DNA of 64,000 nt from a virus. Below are positions 19,310 to 28,810 of the stretch, in pieces. The position numbers and the translations under genes were made by a program. Within the stretch, counting starts at the first letter, position 1, and each line of letters begins with the position of its first letter. The notes beneath the pieces were generated by a model that saw only the letters and a program-made list of their open reading frames with translations, ran no database searches and was not told where the DNA came from. The stretch lies in the IMG/VR virus record IMGVR_UViG_3300022752_004829, positions 19,359 through 83,358 of that record; one strand, 5' to 3'.

Positions 19310-20454
19310 TGAATATAAATCTTATGGAAACATATCATGGTAAAAAAATAGACACAGCCAATATCTTAAATATTGAAGATGCGAGTAGACTTATAAAAGG
19401 AAGAAAAACTGTAGTTATAACTGGAGTCACAGGTCAAGATGGTAGTCATATGGCCGACTTTCTTTTAAAGAATACCGATTTACTAATTTTTGGAGGAGTA
19501 AGAAGATTAAGCGTATATAATCATGAGAATATTAAGCATATTCAATCTGATAGATTCCATTTAATTAATTTTGATTTAACAGATTCTCATGCTATAGCGC
19601 GTACAGTAGAAAAACTGCAGCCAGATTATTTTATTAATTTTGCAGCTCAAAGTTTTGTGGCTAGTAGTTGGGACTTTGCAAAACAAACATGGGCGACAAA
19701 TTCTACCAGTGTTTTAGATATACTTGAAGCGATTAGACTTTATAAACCATCTTGTAGATTATATCAAGCAGGATCTAGCGAAGAATTTGGTAATGTATTG
19801 TATAGCCCACAAGATGAGAAGCACCCACTAAGGCCAAGGAGTCCATATGGAGCAAGCAAAGCGGCCTCTAGGCAATTAATTAAAGTATATAGAGACTCTT
19901 ACAATCTTTACGCAATTCAAGGCTGGTTATTTAATCACGAAGGGACAAGAAGAGGTGAAGAATTTGTTACGAGAAAAATTACCAAGAATATAGCAAGAAT
20001 ACATAATGCTTTAAAAAATAATCAAGAATTTAAGCCTATGGAGCTTGGAAATATGGAAGCAAAAAGAGATTGGAGTGATGCAGAAGATTTCATAGAAGGA
20101 GTTTGGAGAATGTTAAATCAAGATGAATACAATACAGAATATAATGGAATACCAGAGGAATATGTATTTTCATCTAATGAAACTCATACTATTAAGGAAT
20201 TTGTAGAAAAAGCTTTTAGTGTGGCTGGTATTAAAGGAAGTTGGATAGGTGAAAATGAGCATACTATGTATATATCAAATGATAATAAAATCCTAGTGCA
20301 AGTTAATCCTAAATTCTATAGACCAGCCGAAGTAGAATTATTGTTGGGAAATTCGAATAAAGCAAGAAAAGAGCTTAATTGGAAACCTAAAATTTCATTT
20401 GACAATCTTGTTGAAAAGATGGTAGAATGTGATATTGAAAAATATAAATCATAA
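19309..20454 (+). CDS. gmd: GDP-mannose 4,6-dehydratase
   Basis: ITGVTGQDGS, AAQSFV, SSEEFG, PRSPYGASK, LFNHE, FVTRKI, KRDW and RPAEV. Confidence 0.93.
   Translation: MNINLMETYHGKKIDTANILNIEDASRLIKGRKTVVITGVTGQDGSHMADFLLKNTDLLIFGGVRRLSVYNHENIKHIQSDRFHLINFDLTDSHAIARTVEKLQPDYFINFAAQSFVASSWDFAKQTWATNSTSVLDILEAIRLYKPSCRLYQAGSSEEFGNVLYSPQDEKHPLRPRSPYGASKAASRQLIKVYRDSYNLYAIQGWLFNHEGTRRGEEFVTRKITKNIARIHNALKNNQEFKPMELGNMEAKRDWSDAEDFIEGVWRMLNQDEYNTEYNGIPEEYVFSSNETHTIKEFVEKAFSVAGIKGSWIGENEHTMYISNDNKILVQVNPKFYRPAEVELLLGNSNKARKELNWKPKISFDNLVEKMVECDIEKYKS
20399..20428 (+). promoter_or_regulatory. Sigma70-type promoter inside the gmd 3' end, upstream of the replication module
   Basis: TTGACA (20399-20404), 18 bp spacer, TGgTAGAAT (20420-20428). 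Confidence 0.55.
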
Positions 20455-20779
20455 ACTTTGTCAATTCATAGTTAAAAAATATATAAAAGTAAATATAAAT
20501 TGGCCAAGAGAAATTAAAATAGCTCAAAGATTAATTAAAAGATTTAAAGAGTTCGAATTTTGGGACAATCTTCAAGAACTTAAAAGCCCACCTCCATCTC
20601 TAGCTTGGTTTCTTAAACCAGAAGGTAAAGCTTTTTTATTAGCTGAATATGAAAAATTTAAATTAAATTTAAATCAAAAAGAAATAAAAATAGAAAAATA
20701 TAAAATAAATGAAGATAAAAAGATTTGCCAAAAGCCTAAAACTCTGTTAGAATTTATAAGATATGGGAAGAAAACCTAA
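20429..20779 (+). CDS. Hypothetical protein
   Basis: 116-aa ORF bridging gmd and the RecA-like gene; start codon uncertain. Confidence 0.55.
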   Translation: MILKNINHKLCQFIVKKYIKVNINWPREIKIAQRLIKRFKEFEFWDNLQELKSPPPSLAWFLKPEGKAFLLAEYEKFKLNLNQKEIKIEKYKINEDKKICQKPKTLLEFIRYGKKT

Positions 20780-21905
20780 AGAAGAAGTAGTTCAATCTAT
20801 CGGTCCATCAGCATCGGATAGATTATTATCATTTTTAAAGGATAATAAAGAAGATCATTATAACTTTGAAGAAGAAATTTATTATAAAGTATCTACTGGT
20901 AGTCTTAATCTGGATATAGCTACAAGCGGTGGTCTATCTCCTGGTCTTCATAGATTTATAGGCATGAATGAAGGTGGTAAAACTTCAGAGGCGCTAGAAG
21001 TTGCTAAAAATTTTCTCAAAACAGTAGAGAATTCAAGAGCTTTACTTTTTAAAGCAGAAGGTCGCCTAAGTAAAGAGATCAAGGAAAGATCAGGAATTAA
21101 ATTCGTTACAGATCCTAAAGAATGGGTAGATGGAACATGTTTCGTATTTGAATGTAATATTTTTGAAACAGTATCTGAATTAATGAAAGACTTAGTTCAA
21201 TCAAATGACGAAAACAAAAGATATATGTTCATACTTGATTCTGTTGATGGCCTTATTACAAAAGGTGATAAAGATAAAACTTTAAGTGAAGCAACTAAAG
21301 TTGCAGGAGGAGCAGTTATATCTTCTATGCTTATGAAGAAAATTTCATTAGCACTATCAAAGCGCGGTCATATGGCAATTTTTATCAGTCAAGTTCGTTC
21401 TGATATTAAACTTGATCCTTACGCAGCAAATAAAGAAGTAAGACAAACTACAGCGACTGGCGGAAATGCATTATTACATTTTGCAAATTGGATTCTTGAA
21501 TTCGAACCTCGTTACAATAAAGATCTTATTCTTGAGAAACCAAATGAAAAATATGATCCAGTGAAAAATAAAATTATTGGACATAATGTAAAAATTGCAA
21601 TTAAAAAATCTACAAATGAATCAACAAACTCCAAGATTCAATATCCAATCAAATACGGAAGAAAAGAAGGTTCTTCTGTATGGAAAGAATACGAAGTAAT
21701 TGATCAAATTCTTGCTTGGGAATTTGCAACAGCTAAAGGGGCATGGGTTACTTTCTCTGATGAAATTATAGAAGAACTCAAAAAATCAAATATTGAACTT
21801 AAAAAACAACATCAAGGCGTAGATAATCTTCGACTTTATCTTGAAGAAAATAAATTAATAGTTGATTATTTTTATAATAAGTTTATTCAAACATTAGCGT
21901 CATGA
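20763..21905 (+). CDS. RecA/UvsX-like recombinase
   Basis: VSTGSLNLDIA..GG, Walker A GMNEGGKT, Walker B FILDSV, FISQVR and TGGNAL. Confidence 0.9.
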   Translation: MGRKPKEEVVQSIGPSASDRLLSFLKDNKEDHYNFEEEIYYKVSTGSLNLDIATSGGLSPGLHRFIGMNEGGKTSEALEVAKNFLKTVENSRALLFKAEGRLSKEIKERSGIKFVTDPKEWVDGTCFVFECNIFETVSELMKDLVQSNDENKRYMFILDSVDGLITKGDKDKTLSEATKVAGGAVISSMLMKKISLALSKRGHMAIFISQVRSDIKLDPYAANKEVRQTTATGGNALLHFANWILEFEPRYNKDLILEKPNEKYDPVKNKIIGHNVKIAIKKSTNESTNSKIQYPIKYGRKEGSSVWKEYEVIDQILAWEFATAKGAWVTFSDEIIEELKKSNIELKKQHQGVDNLRLYLEENKLIVDYFYNKFIQTLAS

Positions 21906-22321
21906 GATTGTTAAATATTAACGGGAAACTCGTTAATAAAAATGTAAGAAATAATCTGGTAGACTGGCAGGGTAAAAGCCGCAGTAAATTACAATTTAAA
22001 TTTAAACAATTTTTTTATCCATATTGGAAAAATCATATAGTCTACGAAGAGTTTCCTGTTTATGGCACTATGCTTAAAGTAGACATATTAAATGCAACAA
22101 AACGAATAGCAATAGAGGTGCAAGGTAATCAACACGAATCATTTAATCAATTTTTTCATGATAATTCTCGTCTTAAATACCTTGAGAGTATAAAAAGGGA
22201 CGTTAAAAAAGAAAAATGGTTAGAAATGAATGGATTTAAATTCTTAGAACTATATGAAAGTGATTTAAAAAGTTTATCACCACAATATATAGAAGAAAAA
22301 TTTGGAATTTTAATCATTTAA
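21902..22321 (+). CDS. Vsr/DUF559-like PD-(D/E)XK endonuclease
   Basis: EEFPV..VD......IAIEVQG.QH..RD..K..W...NG. Confidence 0.75.
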   Translation: MRLLNINGKLVNKNVRNNLVDWQGKSRSKLQFKFKQFFYPYWKNHIVYEEFPVYGTMLKVDILNATKRIAIEVQGNQHESFNQFFHDNSRLKYLESIKRDVKKEKWLEMNGFKFLELYESDLKSLSPQYIEEKFGILII

Positions 22322-22336
22322 GTGTAAAAGTTTTAG

Positions 22337-22612
22337 GTGACAAACAAGAAAAAAACTTTTAAAATTCCCGATTCGCTACTAAAGCAGATTGATGAATGTA
22401 GTTTTGGTGGATATATTATGTTTAATTTTTCAAGCAAAGGGGAGCCTCAAGTCTTTACTAAATTCGATAATCAGATAAATGCTATGGCACTCTTATATTA
22501 TGTTAATACTTGGAGTCAAAGTGTAGATCAATTAAATTTGGAAGCAACGACAGATCAAATAGCTCGCACAAATCAAGAAGATGATTTTGATGAGCCAGAA
22601 GATAAAGATTAA
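22337..22612 (+). CDS. Hypothetical protein
   Basis: 91-aa ORF with an acidic tail, preceded by GTGTAA 9 nt upstream of GTG. Confidence 0.6.
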   Translation: MTNKKKTFKIPDSLLKQIDECSFGGYIMFNFSSKGEPQVFTKFDNQINAMALLYYVNTWSQSVDQLNLEATTDQIARTNQEDDFDEPEDKD

Positions 22613-22615
22613 AAC

Positions 22616-22644
22616 TTGACTTTTAATTTCTAGTTTGGTATCAT
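22616..22644 (+). promoter_or_regulatory. Sigma70-type promoter for dnaB
   Basis: TTGACT (22616-22621), 17 bp spacer, TATCAT (22639-22644) with extended TG. Confidence 0.7.
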
Positions 22645-22653
22645 ATATAAAGG

Positions 22654-24138
22654 ATGATTTATTCTTTACAAGTAGAAAGACATGTATTAAGTGGTTTATT
22701 AAAACATCAAGATTTATTTGCAGATATTGATGTATTTTTAACTGAAAATGATTTTTATAATGATGTTCACTCATCAATATATACTGTATTTAAAAATATA
22801 AAACATAAAGGTGAAAAAGTAGATAAAGTACTTCTAGCTGAAAAGATTAAAAATCTTGGAATAACATTTAAGGATGAGATTAATATTTTCGATTATATTG
22901 ATAATCTAAGCTTTTCTCAGATTACAGAAGAAGCAACAATGAATGCTTGTAAGGAATTAATTAAATTAAGAATTCGAAGGGAGATATCTCAAACTGCCGA
23001 CAAACTAAAAGAATATATAAATAAGAATTCAGAAGATTCTATAGATGATATTATAGGTAAGATAGATCAAATATATAATAAAAAAATTTCAGCATATTCA
23101 GAAAATGATATGCCAGTTAATATCTTTGCGGAAGTCGAAGATCTTATTGAAGAAATTGGTAATTCTCCAAAAGAAGATACTGGATTAATTACTCCATATT
23201 CTGAATTTAATAGAATGTACGGTGGTCTAAAGAATGCGAATATTTACGCTATCGCAAGTAGACCTGGTCAAGGAAAATCTACATGGTTAAACGATATTTG
23301 TTTTAAAACTTCTATTAATCCTAAAAATAAAACTAAGACGCTTATTCTTGATACAGAAATGCAAACTGTAGATATTCAATTAAGAATGGTCGCATCATTA
23401 ACTGATGTACCTGTATGGTATCTTGAAACAGGAAATTGGCGTAAAAATGAAGAAATGACTAAAAAAGTCCGAGCTGCTTGGGCAAAAGTTAAAACATATG
23501 AATATTTTCATTATCATGTAGGTAATAAAAATATAGATCAAGTCTGCTCTCTTATTAGAAGATGGTATCTTTCAAAAGTTGGAAGAGGCAATCAAGCGAT
23601 GATCGCGTATGATTATATCAAATTAACTGGTGAGAAGGTTGGTCAAAATTGGGCAGAGCATCAAGCTATTGGAGAAAAAATTGATAAACTAAAAAGAATA
23701 TCTGAAGAAATACATTGCCCAATCATTACTGCTATGCAATTAAATAGAACTGGAGAGAACTTTAATAGAAATTCAAATAACGTTGTAGATGATAGTTCAG
23801 TTATTTCTTTATCAGATAGACTTCAATGGTTTGCTTCATTTGTAGCAATTTTCAGAAGAAAAACTCTTGATGAAGTGACACTTGATGGACAAGCGTTTGG
23901 GACACATAAATTAATTCCAACAAAAACAAGATTCCAAGGGAAAGATGCAGCTGGACATCAAGATCTAGTTAGAAGACTAGATTCAACAGGCAAAGAAATA
24001 TGGGCCCAAAATTATCTTAATTATCAGGTTACAAATTTTAATATTGAAGAAAGAGGATCTTTGAGAGATGTCGCAGAAAGACAAAGAGAGCAATACGAAC
24101 TCACCGATCAAAATGCAAATGATGGAGAATTACTATGA
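22654..24138 (+). CDS. dnaB: Replicative DNA helicase
   Basis: DnaB N-domain (E..VL...DFY..H..IY), ASRPGQGKS Walker A, TEM, YDYI and QLNR. Confidence 0.93.
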   Translation: MIYSLQVERHVLSGLLKHQDLFADIDVFLTENDFYNDVHSSIYTVFKNIKHKGEKVDKVLLAEKIKNLGITFKDEINIFDYIDNLSFSQITEEATMNACKELIKLRIRREISQTADKLKEYINKNSEDSIDDIIGKIDQIYNKKISAYSENDMPVNIFAEVEDLIEEIGNSPKEDTGLITPYSEFNRMYGGLKNANIYAIASRPGQGKSTWLNDICFKTSINPKNKTKTLILDTEMQTVDIQLRMVASLTDVPVWYLETGNWRKNEEMTKKVRAAWAKVKTYEYFHYHVGNKNIDQVCSLIRRWYLSKVGRGNQAMIAYDYIKLTGEKVGQNWAEHQAIGEKIDKLKRISEEIHCPIITAMQLNRTGENFNRNSNNVVDDSSVISLSDRLQWFASFVAIFRRKTLDEVTLDGQAFGTHKLIPTKTRFQGKDAAGHQDLVRRLDSTGKEIWAQNYLNYQVTNFNIEERGSLRDVAERQREQYELTDQNANDGELL

Positions 24139-24791
24139 ATGTCGAATTAGTTTCAATTACAAAACCAGAAATAAAAAACTTACAGAAAGCTGAAGATCTT
24201 GTAGCGTACTGCGCTAGAGTCAGCAATCCTTCTAATCAATTAAATACAGAGACTGCTCCAAAACTATTAAAATTTTTAATTAAAAATAAACATTGGAGTC
24301 CATTTGAATTAGTAGATATGTGTGTTGAGATAAAAACCAGTAGAGCAATCGCAGCGCAAATTCTACGTCATAGATCATTTTCATTTCAAGAATTTAGTCA
24401 AAGATATAGTTTAGCTAACGAATATGAAGATGTAGAACTAAGATTACAAGGCGACAAAAACAGGCAAGTGGGAGAGAAACTTTTACCAACAAATACGGAT
24501 GCTTATGATGATATATCGCATCTCGTAGCAGAATCTATATCATTAGCCCAGCATTGTTATGATACAATGATAGAAAATGGAGTAGCAAAAGAAGTGGCAA
24601 GAATGATTCTACCGCTAACTACTCAAACTACAATGTATATGAAAGGTTCTTTAAGAAGTTGGATACATTATATAGAGTTGAGAACTGAACAGAATACTCA
24701 GAAAGAACATCGAGAAATTGCAGAAAGATGTAGAAAAATTTTTGTAAAAGAATTTCCAATTATAAGTGAGGCTTTGGAATGGAACAGATAA
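24135..24791 (+). CDS. thyX: Flavin-dependent thymidylate synthase
   Basis: HWSPFE, RHRSFSFQEFSQRY ThyX signature and KEVARMILP. Confidence 0.96.
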   Translation: MNVELVSITKPEIKNLQKAEDLVAYCARVSNPSNQLNTETAPKLLKFLIKNKHWSPFELVDMCVEIKTSRAIAAQILRHRSFSFQEFSQRYSLANEYEDVELRLQGDKNRQVGEKLLPTNTDAYDDISHLVAESISLAQHCYDTMIENGVAKEVARMILPLTTQTTMYMKGSLRSWIHYIELRTEQNTQKEHREIAERCRKIFVKEFPIISEALEWNR

Positions 24792-25684
24792 GCGTTTACG
24801 AAATTCTTACAGAATTAGGCTATAAGCTTAAAGACTATGGTAAAGAGTTTAGAACAAAACCTCTATATAGAGATAGCGATAATGATACAGTATTAAGAAT
24901 CTATAAAGATACTGGTAAGTGGTTTGATTTTAAGCAGAACATTAGTGGAGACATAAATTCATTAATAAGACTCACTTTAAAAATTGATGATCCAGAGAAA
25001 GCTCAAGAATGGTTAAAGAATAAAAACTTTCATGTTAATTACAATATTGAATATGTAAAACCGATTTTAAAGTCAACTCAAAAATTTGATATTAATTTAT
25101 TAGAGAATCTTGAGAATAATAATTCATACTGGAATAAAAGAGGTATCACGGACGATATCTTACTACAATTCAAAGGTGGAGTCGGAAAAGCTGGCAAAAT
25201 GAAAAATAGATATGTATTTCCAATATTTGATGCAAAAGGCGATATAATAGGATTCTCTGGAAGAGATATCACAAATCTATCTAAAATTAAATGGAAACAT
25301 TTAGGAGAAAAGAATGATTTTGTTTATCCATTGTTCTTAAATAATAAATCAATTGAAGAACAAAAAGAAGTGATCTTAGTTGAAAGTATTGGGGATATGC
25401 TAAGTCTTTACCAAGCTGAAATAAAAAATGTTTTAGTTACATTTGGGACAAATCTAAGTCTATCAATTTTAAATTATTGTTTAAAGATGGATATTCGTAA
25501 AATCTTTATAAGTTTAAATAATGATATAGAAAAGAATATGGCTGGAAATATTGGTGCAGAAAAAATATATTCAAGACTTAAAAGATATTTTGATGATAAA
25601 CAATTAAAAATAGCACTGCCAACGAAAAAAGATTTTGGCGAAATGACGGAAGAAGAGATTTTACAATGGAAAGCAAATCTTTAA
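24779..25684 (+). CDS. DnaG-like primase (TOPRIM)
   Basis: W.DF...SGD N-domain, NRYVFPI..G..IGFSGR, LVESIGD, TFGT and KDFGE. Confidence 0.85.
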   Translation: MEQISVYEILTELGYKLKDYGKEFRTKPLYRDSDNDTVLRIYKDTGKWFDFKQNISGDINSLIRLTLKIDDPEKAQEWLKNKNFHVNYNIEYVKPILKSTQKFDINLLENLENNNSYWNKRGITDDILLQFKGGVGKAGKMKNRYVFPIFDAKGDIIGFSGRDITNLSKIKWKHLGEKNDFVYPLFLNNKSIEEQKEVILVESIGDMLSLYQAEIKNVLVTFGTNLSLSILNYCLKMDIRKIFISLNNDIEKNMAGNIGAEKIYSRLKRYFDDKQLKIALPTKKDFGEMTEEEILQWKANL

Positions 25685-26631
25685 AAGTATTATCCGCTTC
25701 CAGAATAAAAACTCTTGAGACTTGTTCTTGGGTCTATTGGAATAACTATCACACCAAAGTCCCTCAGACTCAAAATGATGGCGCTCTTAGAGGCACAATC
25801 TGTCATACAGTTTTTGAACTACTTTTAAATCCAAAGCATAAAAATCATTTTAATAAAATAATAAAAAAGAATTCTATTAAAGGAAGTAAAGCAATTACAA
25901 GATTAGTCAAGAGATTAAAAGCTAAAGTTGGGCTAGATGAGTCAAATTTTGATATTTTAGATCAAATGATTATGGTTGGTCTAAAACATGACTTTTTTGG
26001 CGAGAAAGATGGCGAGATTGTTTCTCCAGAATACGCCTTTGAAATCAAAAATGATACGCCTAAATATCATATTAAGGGATTCATTGACAAGCCCATTAAA
26101 TCAAAGAATAAAATGGTTATAATTGACTACAAAAGCTCAAAGGCTAAATTTAGAGGAGATGATCTTGAGGCAAATATCCAAGCAATGATGTATAGTCTTG
26201 CTAGTAAAAAATTGTGGCCAAAACTTAAACCTATTGTAAGATTTTTATTTCTTAGATTTCCAAAGCAGCCCATACAAGAACTTCAATTTACAGAAGATCA
26301 AATAAATGGTTTTGAGCATTACCTAGAGCATATAAATGATTATATTAATAAATTTGATTATAATGCAGCTAAAGCTAATTTTGCTATAGATAATGACAAA
26401 AGCAAATGGATGTGTGGAGTTGGCAATTGGAGATGTCCTTATAGAGATCCTTATGAATATTACGTTAAATTAAACGAAAAAGGCGAAATCCTAGAATCTA
26501 GTCTGGATGGTAAATTTAAAGATATAAAAGGATTCCAGATAGAAAAAAGAAAATATGAGGGATGTCCAAAATTTAATACCTTTAATAAAGATAAATTTTT
26601 AGATAAAAAAGAAGACGAATTTTTAGATTGA
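25666..26631 (+). CDS. PD-(D/E)XK (RecB/Cas4-like) exonuclease
   Basis: LSASRI..C, RGTICH, KGFIDK..IIDYKS, QAMMY and C-terminal C....CPY. Confidence 0.85.
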   Translation: MESKSLKVLSASRIKTLETCSWVYWNNYHTKVPQTQNDGALRGTICHTVFELLLNPKHKNHFNKIIKKNSIKGSKAITRLVKRLKAKVGLDESNFDILDQMIMVGLKHDFFGEKDGEIVSPEYAFEIKNDTPKYHIKGFIDKPIKSKNKMVIIDYKSSKAKFRGDDLEANIQAMMYSLASKKLWPKLKPIVRFLFLRFPKQPIQELQFTEDQINGFEHYLEHINDYINKFDYNAAKANFAIDNDKSKWMCGVGNWRCPYRDPYEYYVKLNEKGEILESSLDGKFKDIKGFQIEKRKYEGCPKFNTFNKDKFLDKKEDEFLD

Positions 26632-26656
26632 TTGTCAATAAAATCTAAGTTATAAT
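26628..26656 (+). promoter_or_regulatory. Sigma70-type promoter for the polymerase cassette
   Basis: TTGATT (26628-26633), 17 bp spacer, TATAAT (26651-26656). Confidence 0.65.
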
Positions 26657-26663
26657 ACATAAA

Positions 26664-27413
26664 ATGATACCCTTATTTAAGTCTCATTATTCATTAGGCA
26701 GGTCTATACTTACCCTTGAAGACAAAGAAGAGAGGGATGACTATCCAGACTCTATAATTCAAATAGCTAAAGAAAATAATCTGAAACAAGTACATATTGT
26801 GGAAGATAACATGTCATCATTTTTAGAGGCATATACAAATACAAAAAATAACAATATTAGTCTCAATTATGGATTGAGAATCTCTATAACAGAATCTATA
26901 GAAGATAAAACCGAAGAGTCTAGAGCCAAAACATCCAAGATTGTTATTTTTATAAAAAATAAACAAGGATATGAATCATTAATTAAACTATTTAGTATCG
27001 CCGCAAAAGCAGGATTCTATTATGAGCCAAGGCTAGATTATCAAACTTTAAAAAATAATTGGTCTAATAATTTAATACTTTGTATACCATTTTATGATTC
27101 ATTTATATTTAATAACACATTAAAGAATTTTATATGTATACCACAATTTGATTTCGCAAAACCAATATTTCTTCTAGAGGATAATGATTTACCTTTTGAT
27201 TTTATTATAAAAGATAAGATCAATAAATATATAAAAGAAAACAATTACGAACTTTACAAAGCAAAAAGTATCTATTATAATAAGAGAAATGATTTTAAGA
27301 CATATCTTACATTTAGATGTATCAATAACAGAACTATTTTAAATAAACCAGAGCTTGAGCATATGAGTAGCAACGAATTTTCTTTTGAGAGTTGGAAGGA
27401 GATGGATAAATGA
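26664..27413 (+). CDS. Stand-alone PHP domain of DNA polymerase III alpha (degenerate metal ligands)
   Basis: KSHYSLGRSI, AKE..L....EDN, KNKQGYESLIKL.S.A...GFYYEPRLD, which matches the DnaE N-terminal PHP region. Confidence 0.85.
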   Translation: MIPLFKSHYSLGRSILTLEDKEERDDYPDSIIQIAKENNLKQVHIVEDNMSSFLEAYTNTKNNNISLNYGLRISITESIEDKTEESRAKTSKIVIFIKNKQGYESLIKLFSIAAKAGFYYEPRLDYQTLKNNWSNNLILCIPFYDSFIFNNTLKNFICIPQFDFAKPIFLLEDNDLPFDFIIKDKINKYIKENNYELYKAKSIYYNKRNDFKTYLTFRCINNRTILNKPELEHMSSNEFSFESWKEMDK

Positions 27414-27973
27414 AACTTCAAGATCCACAAAAAATTGTAAATAAATATGCACAAAAAGTGAATGATTATGGCCAAAAAGATAAGCAGCGATTAGATGACG
27501 AAGATAGATCTGCGGGCTATAGAAGAATGATATATAAAGAAAATGGGCTATACTCGACTGATGTAGATTTAATGTGTATAAAAGAGCAAAGAAATAAACA
27601 AGCCGAAGTTGTAGCTGGATTAGAGCTTACTATGATAAGTGATCATACCTCAAGACCACATAATAATTATTTTGCTAGCATTATGGCTAGATATAGAAAA
27701 GATGGCCAAGGTAAGTACAGCATAATGATAACAGGCTTCTGCAAAGCTCCATCTATAATAGTAGCTTTCTCTAGAGATCTTATGAATTTCTATTTATATA
27801 ATTTAACAAAAGATAATGGCATGTGGTATTACCAAAATAAACTAAGACATCTAGAATGGCATTATAAAATTAGAGATGTAGCACCACCAGAAGATTTATA
27901 TACAAAAAATAAAATGGACTCTTATCAAGAAAAATTTTTAGTCGAGGTCCCATCATGGATGATCACTTACTAA
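27410..27973 (+). CDS. Hypothetical protein, possibly PD-(D/E)XK-like
   Basis: 187-aa ORF overlapping both neighbours; TDVD....LELT is weakly nuclease-like. Confidence 0.5.
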   Translation: MKLQDPQKIVNKYAQKVNDYGQKDKQRLDDEDRSAGYRRMIYKENGLYSTDVDLMCIKEQRNKQAEVVAGLELTMISDHTSRPHNNYFASIMARYRKDGQGKYSIMITGFCKAPSIIVAFSRDLMNFYLYNLTKDNGMWYYQNKLRHLEWHYKIRDVAPPEDLYTKNKMDSYQEKFLVEVPSWMITY

Positions 27974-28593
27974 GGTACAATAATAAAAAGAACTTAGTCT
28001 TCGTGGACTGCGAGACTTTTAATCTTTGCTTAAATTTCTGCCATAATCTTCCATGGCAGATCGCTATGATTAAAGTGCAGGGAGATAAAAAAATTGATGA
28101 AAAGAATTACTATCTTAAATGGCAAACCGAATTAAAAATAAGCCAAGACGCAGCAAGAATTACGAGGTATGATCATAAAAAAGTACAGAAAGAAGGCCAT
28201 GACCCAAAAGAAATATTTCCCACAATTAAAGATTGGCTAGATCATGCAGATTATATAATTGGTCACAATACTATAGGATTTGACATTTATCTTATAAAAG
28301 AGTATTATAAGTATATGGGTTGTAATTGGCGACATTTAACAAATAAATTTATTGATACAAATGCGATAGCTCGTGGAATTAAATATGGCATGCCTTATAA
28401 TTCAAAGGAAAGCTTAATAGAATATCAATATAAGATATATCATACAAGAAAGAAAAATGTTAAAAGCTCTTTAACAACACTAGGTAAAGAAAATGGTATA
28501 GACCATGACTATGATAAGTTGCATGATGCTATAAATGATCTTGACTTAAACTTAAAAGTATGGAATAAATTAAAGTGGCAGGCAGAGGTATAA
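27955..28593 (+). CDS. DEDDh 3'-5' exonuclease (Pol III epsilon-like)
   Basis: VDCETF (ExoI), GHNTIGFD (ExoII) and LHDAIND (ExoIII). Confidence 0.88.
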   Translation: MDDHLLRYNNKKNLVFVDCETFNLCLNFCHNLPWQIAMIKVQGDKKIDEKNYYLKWQTELKISQDAARITRYDHKKVQKEGHDPKEIFPTIKDWLDHADYIIGHNTIGFDIYLIKEYYKYMGCNWRHLTNKFIDTNAIARGIKYGMPYNSKESLIEYQYKIYHTRKKNVKSSLTTLGKENGIDHDYDKLHDAINDLDLNLKVWNKLKWQAEV

Positions 28594-28594
28594 A

Positions 28595-28810
28595 ATGGCA
28601 TCATTAGATGATATTTATGATATGGTTCAAAAATTAGATGATTCTAATATAGAATATCTTTTAATTACAATCCAAAAAGGTAAAAAGAATGGTAAGGCGG
28701 ATGTCTTTTATTCTTTAAAAGATAAAAATTCAATGAAAATACTAACTCATGGATTAAATCAATTTAGTAAAGAAGTAGATAGGTTAGATGATGAAGGAAA
28801 ATTTGAATAA
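28595..28810 (+). CDS. Hypothetical protein
   Basis: 71-aa ORF with a GAGG RBS, between the exonuclease and the polymerase core. Confidence 0.55.
   Translation: MASLDDIYDMVQKLDDSNIEYLLITIQKGKKNGKADVFYSLKDKNSMKILTHGLNQFSKEVDRLDDEGKFE

Noticed and set aside
25666-26631. Cas4 as part of a CRISPR-Cas system
   Set aside because: It is a solo PD-(D/E)XK nuclease in a replication module, common in phages; no array or other cas genes.
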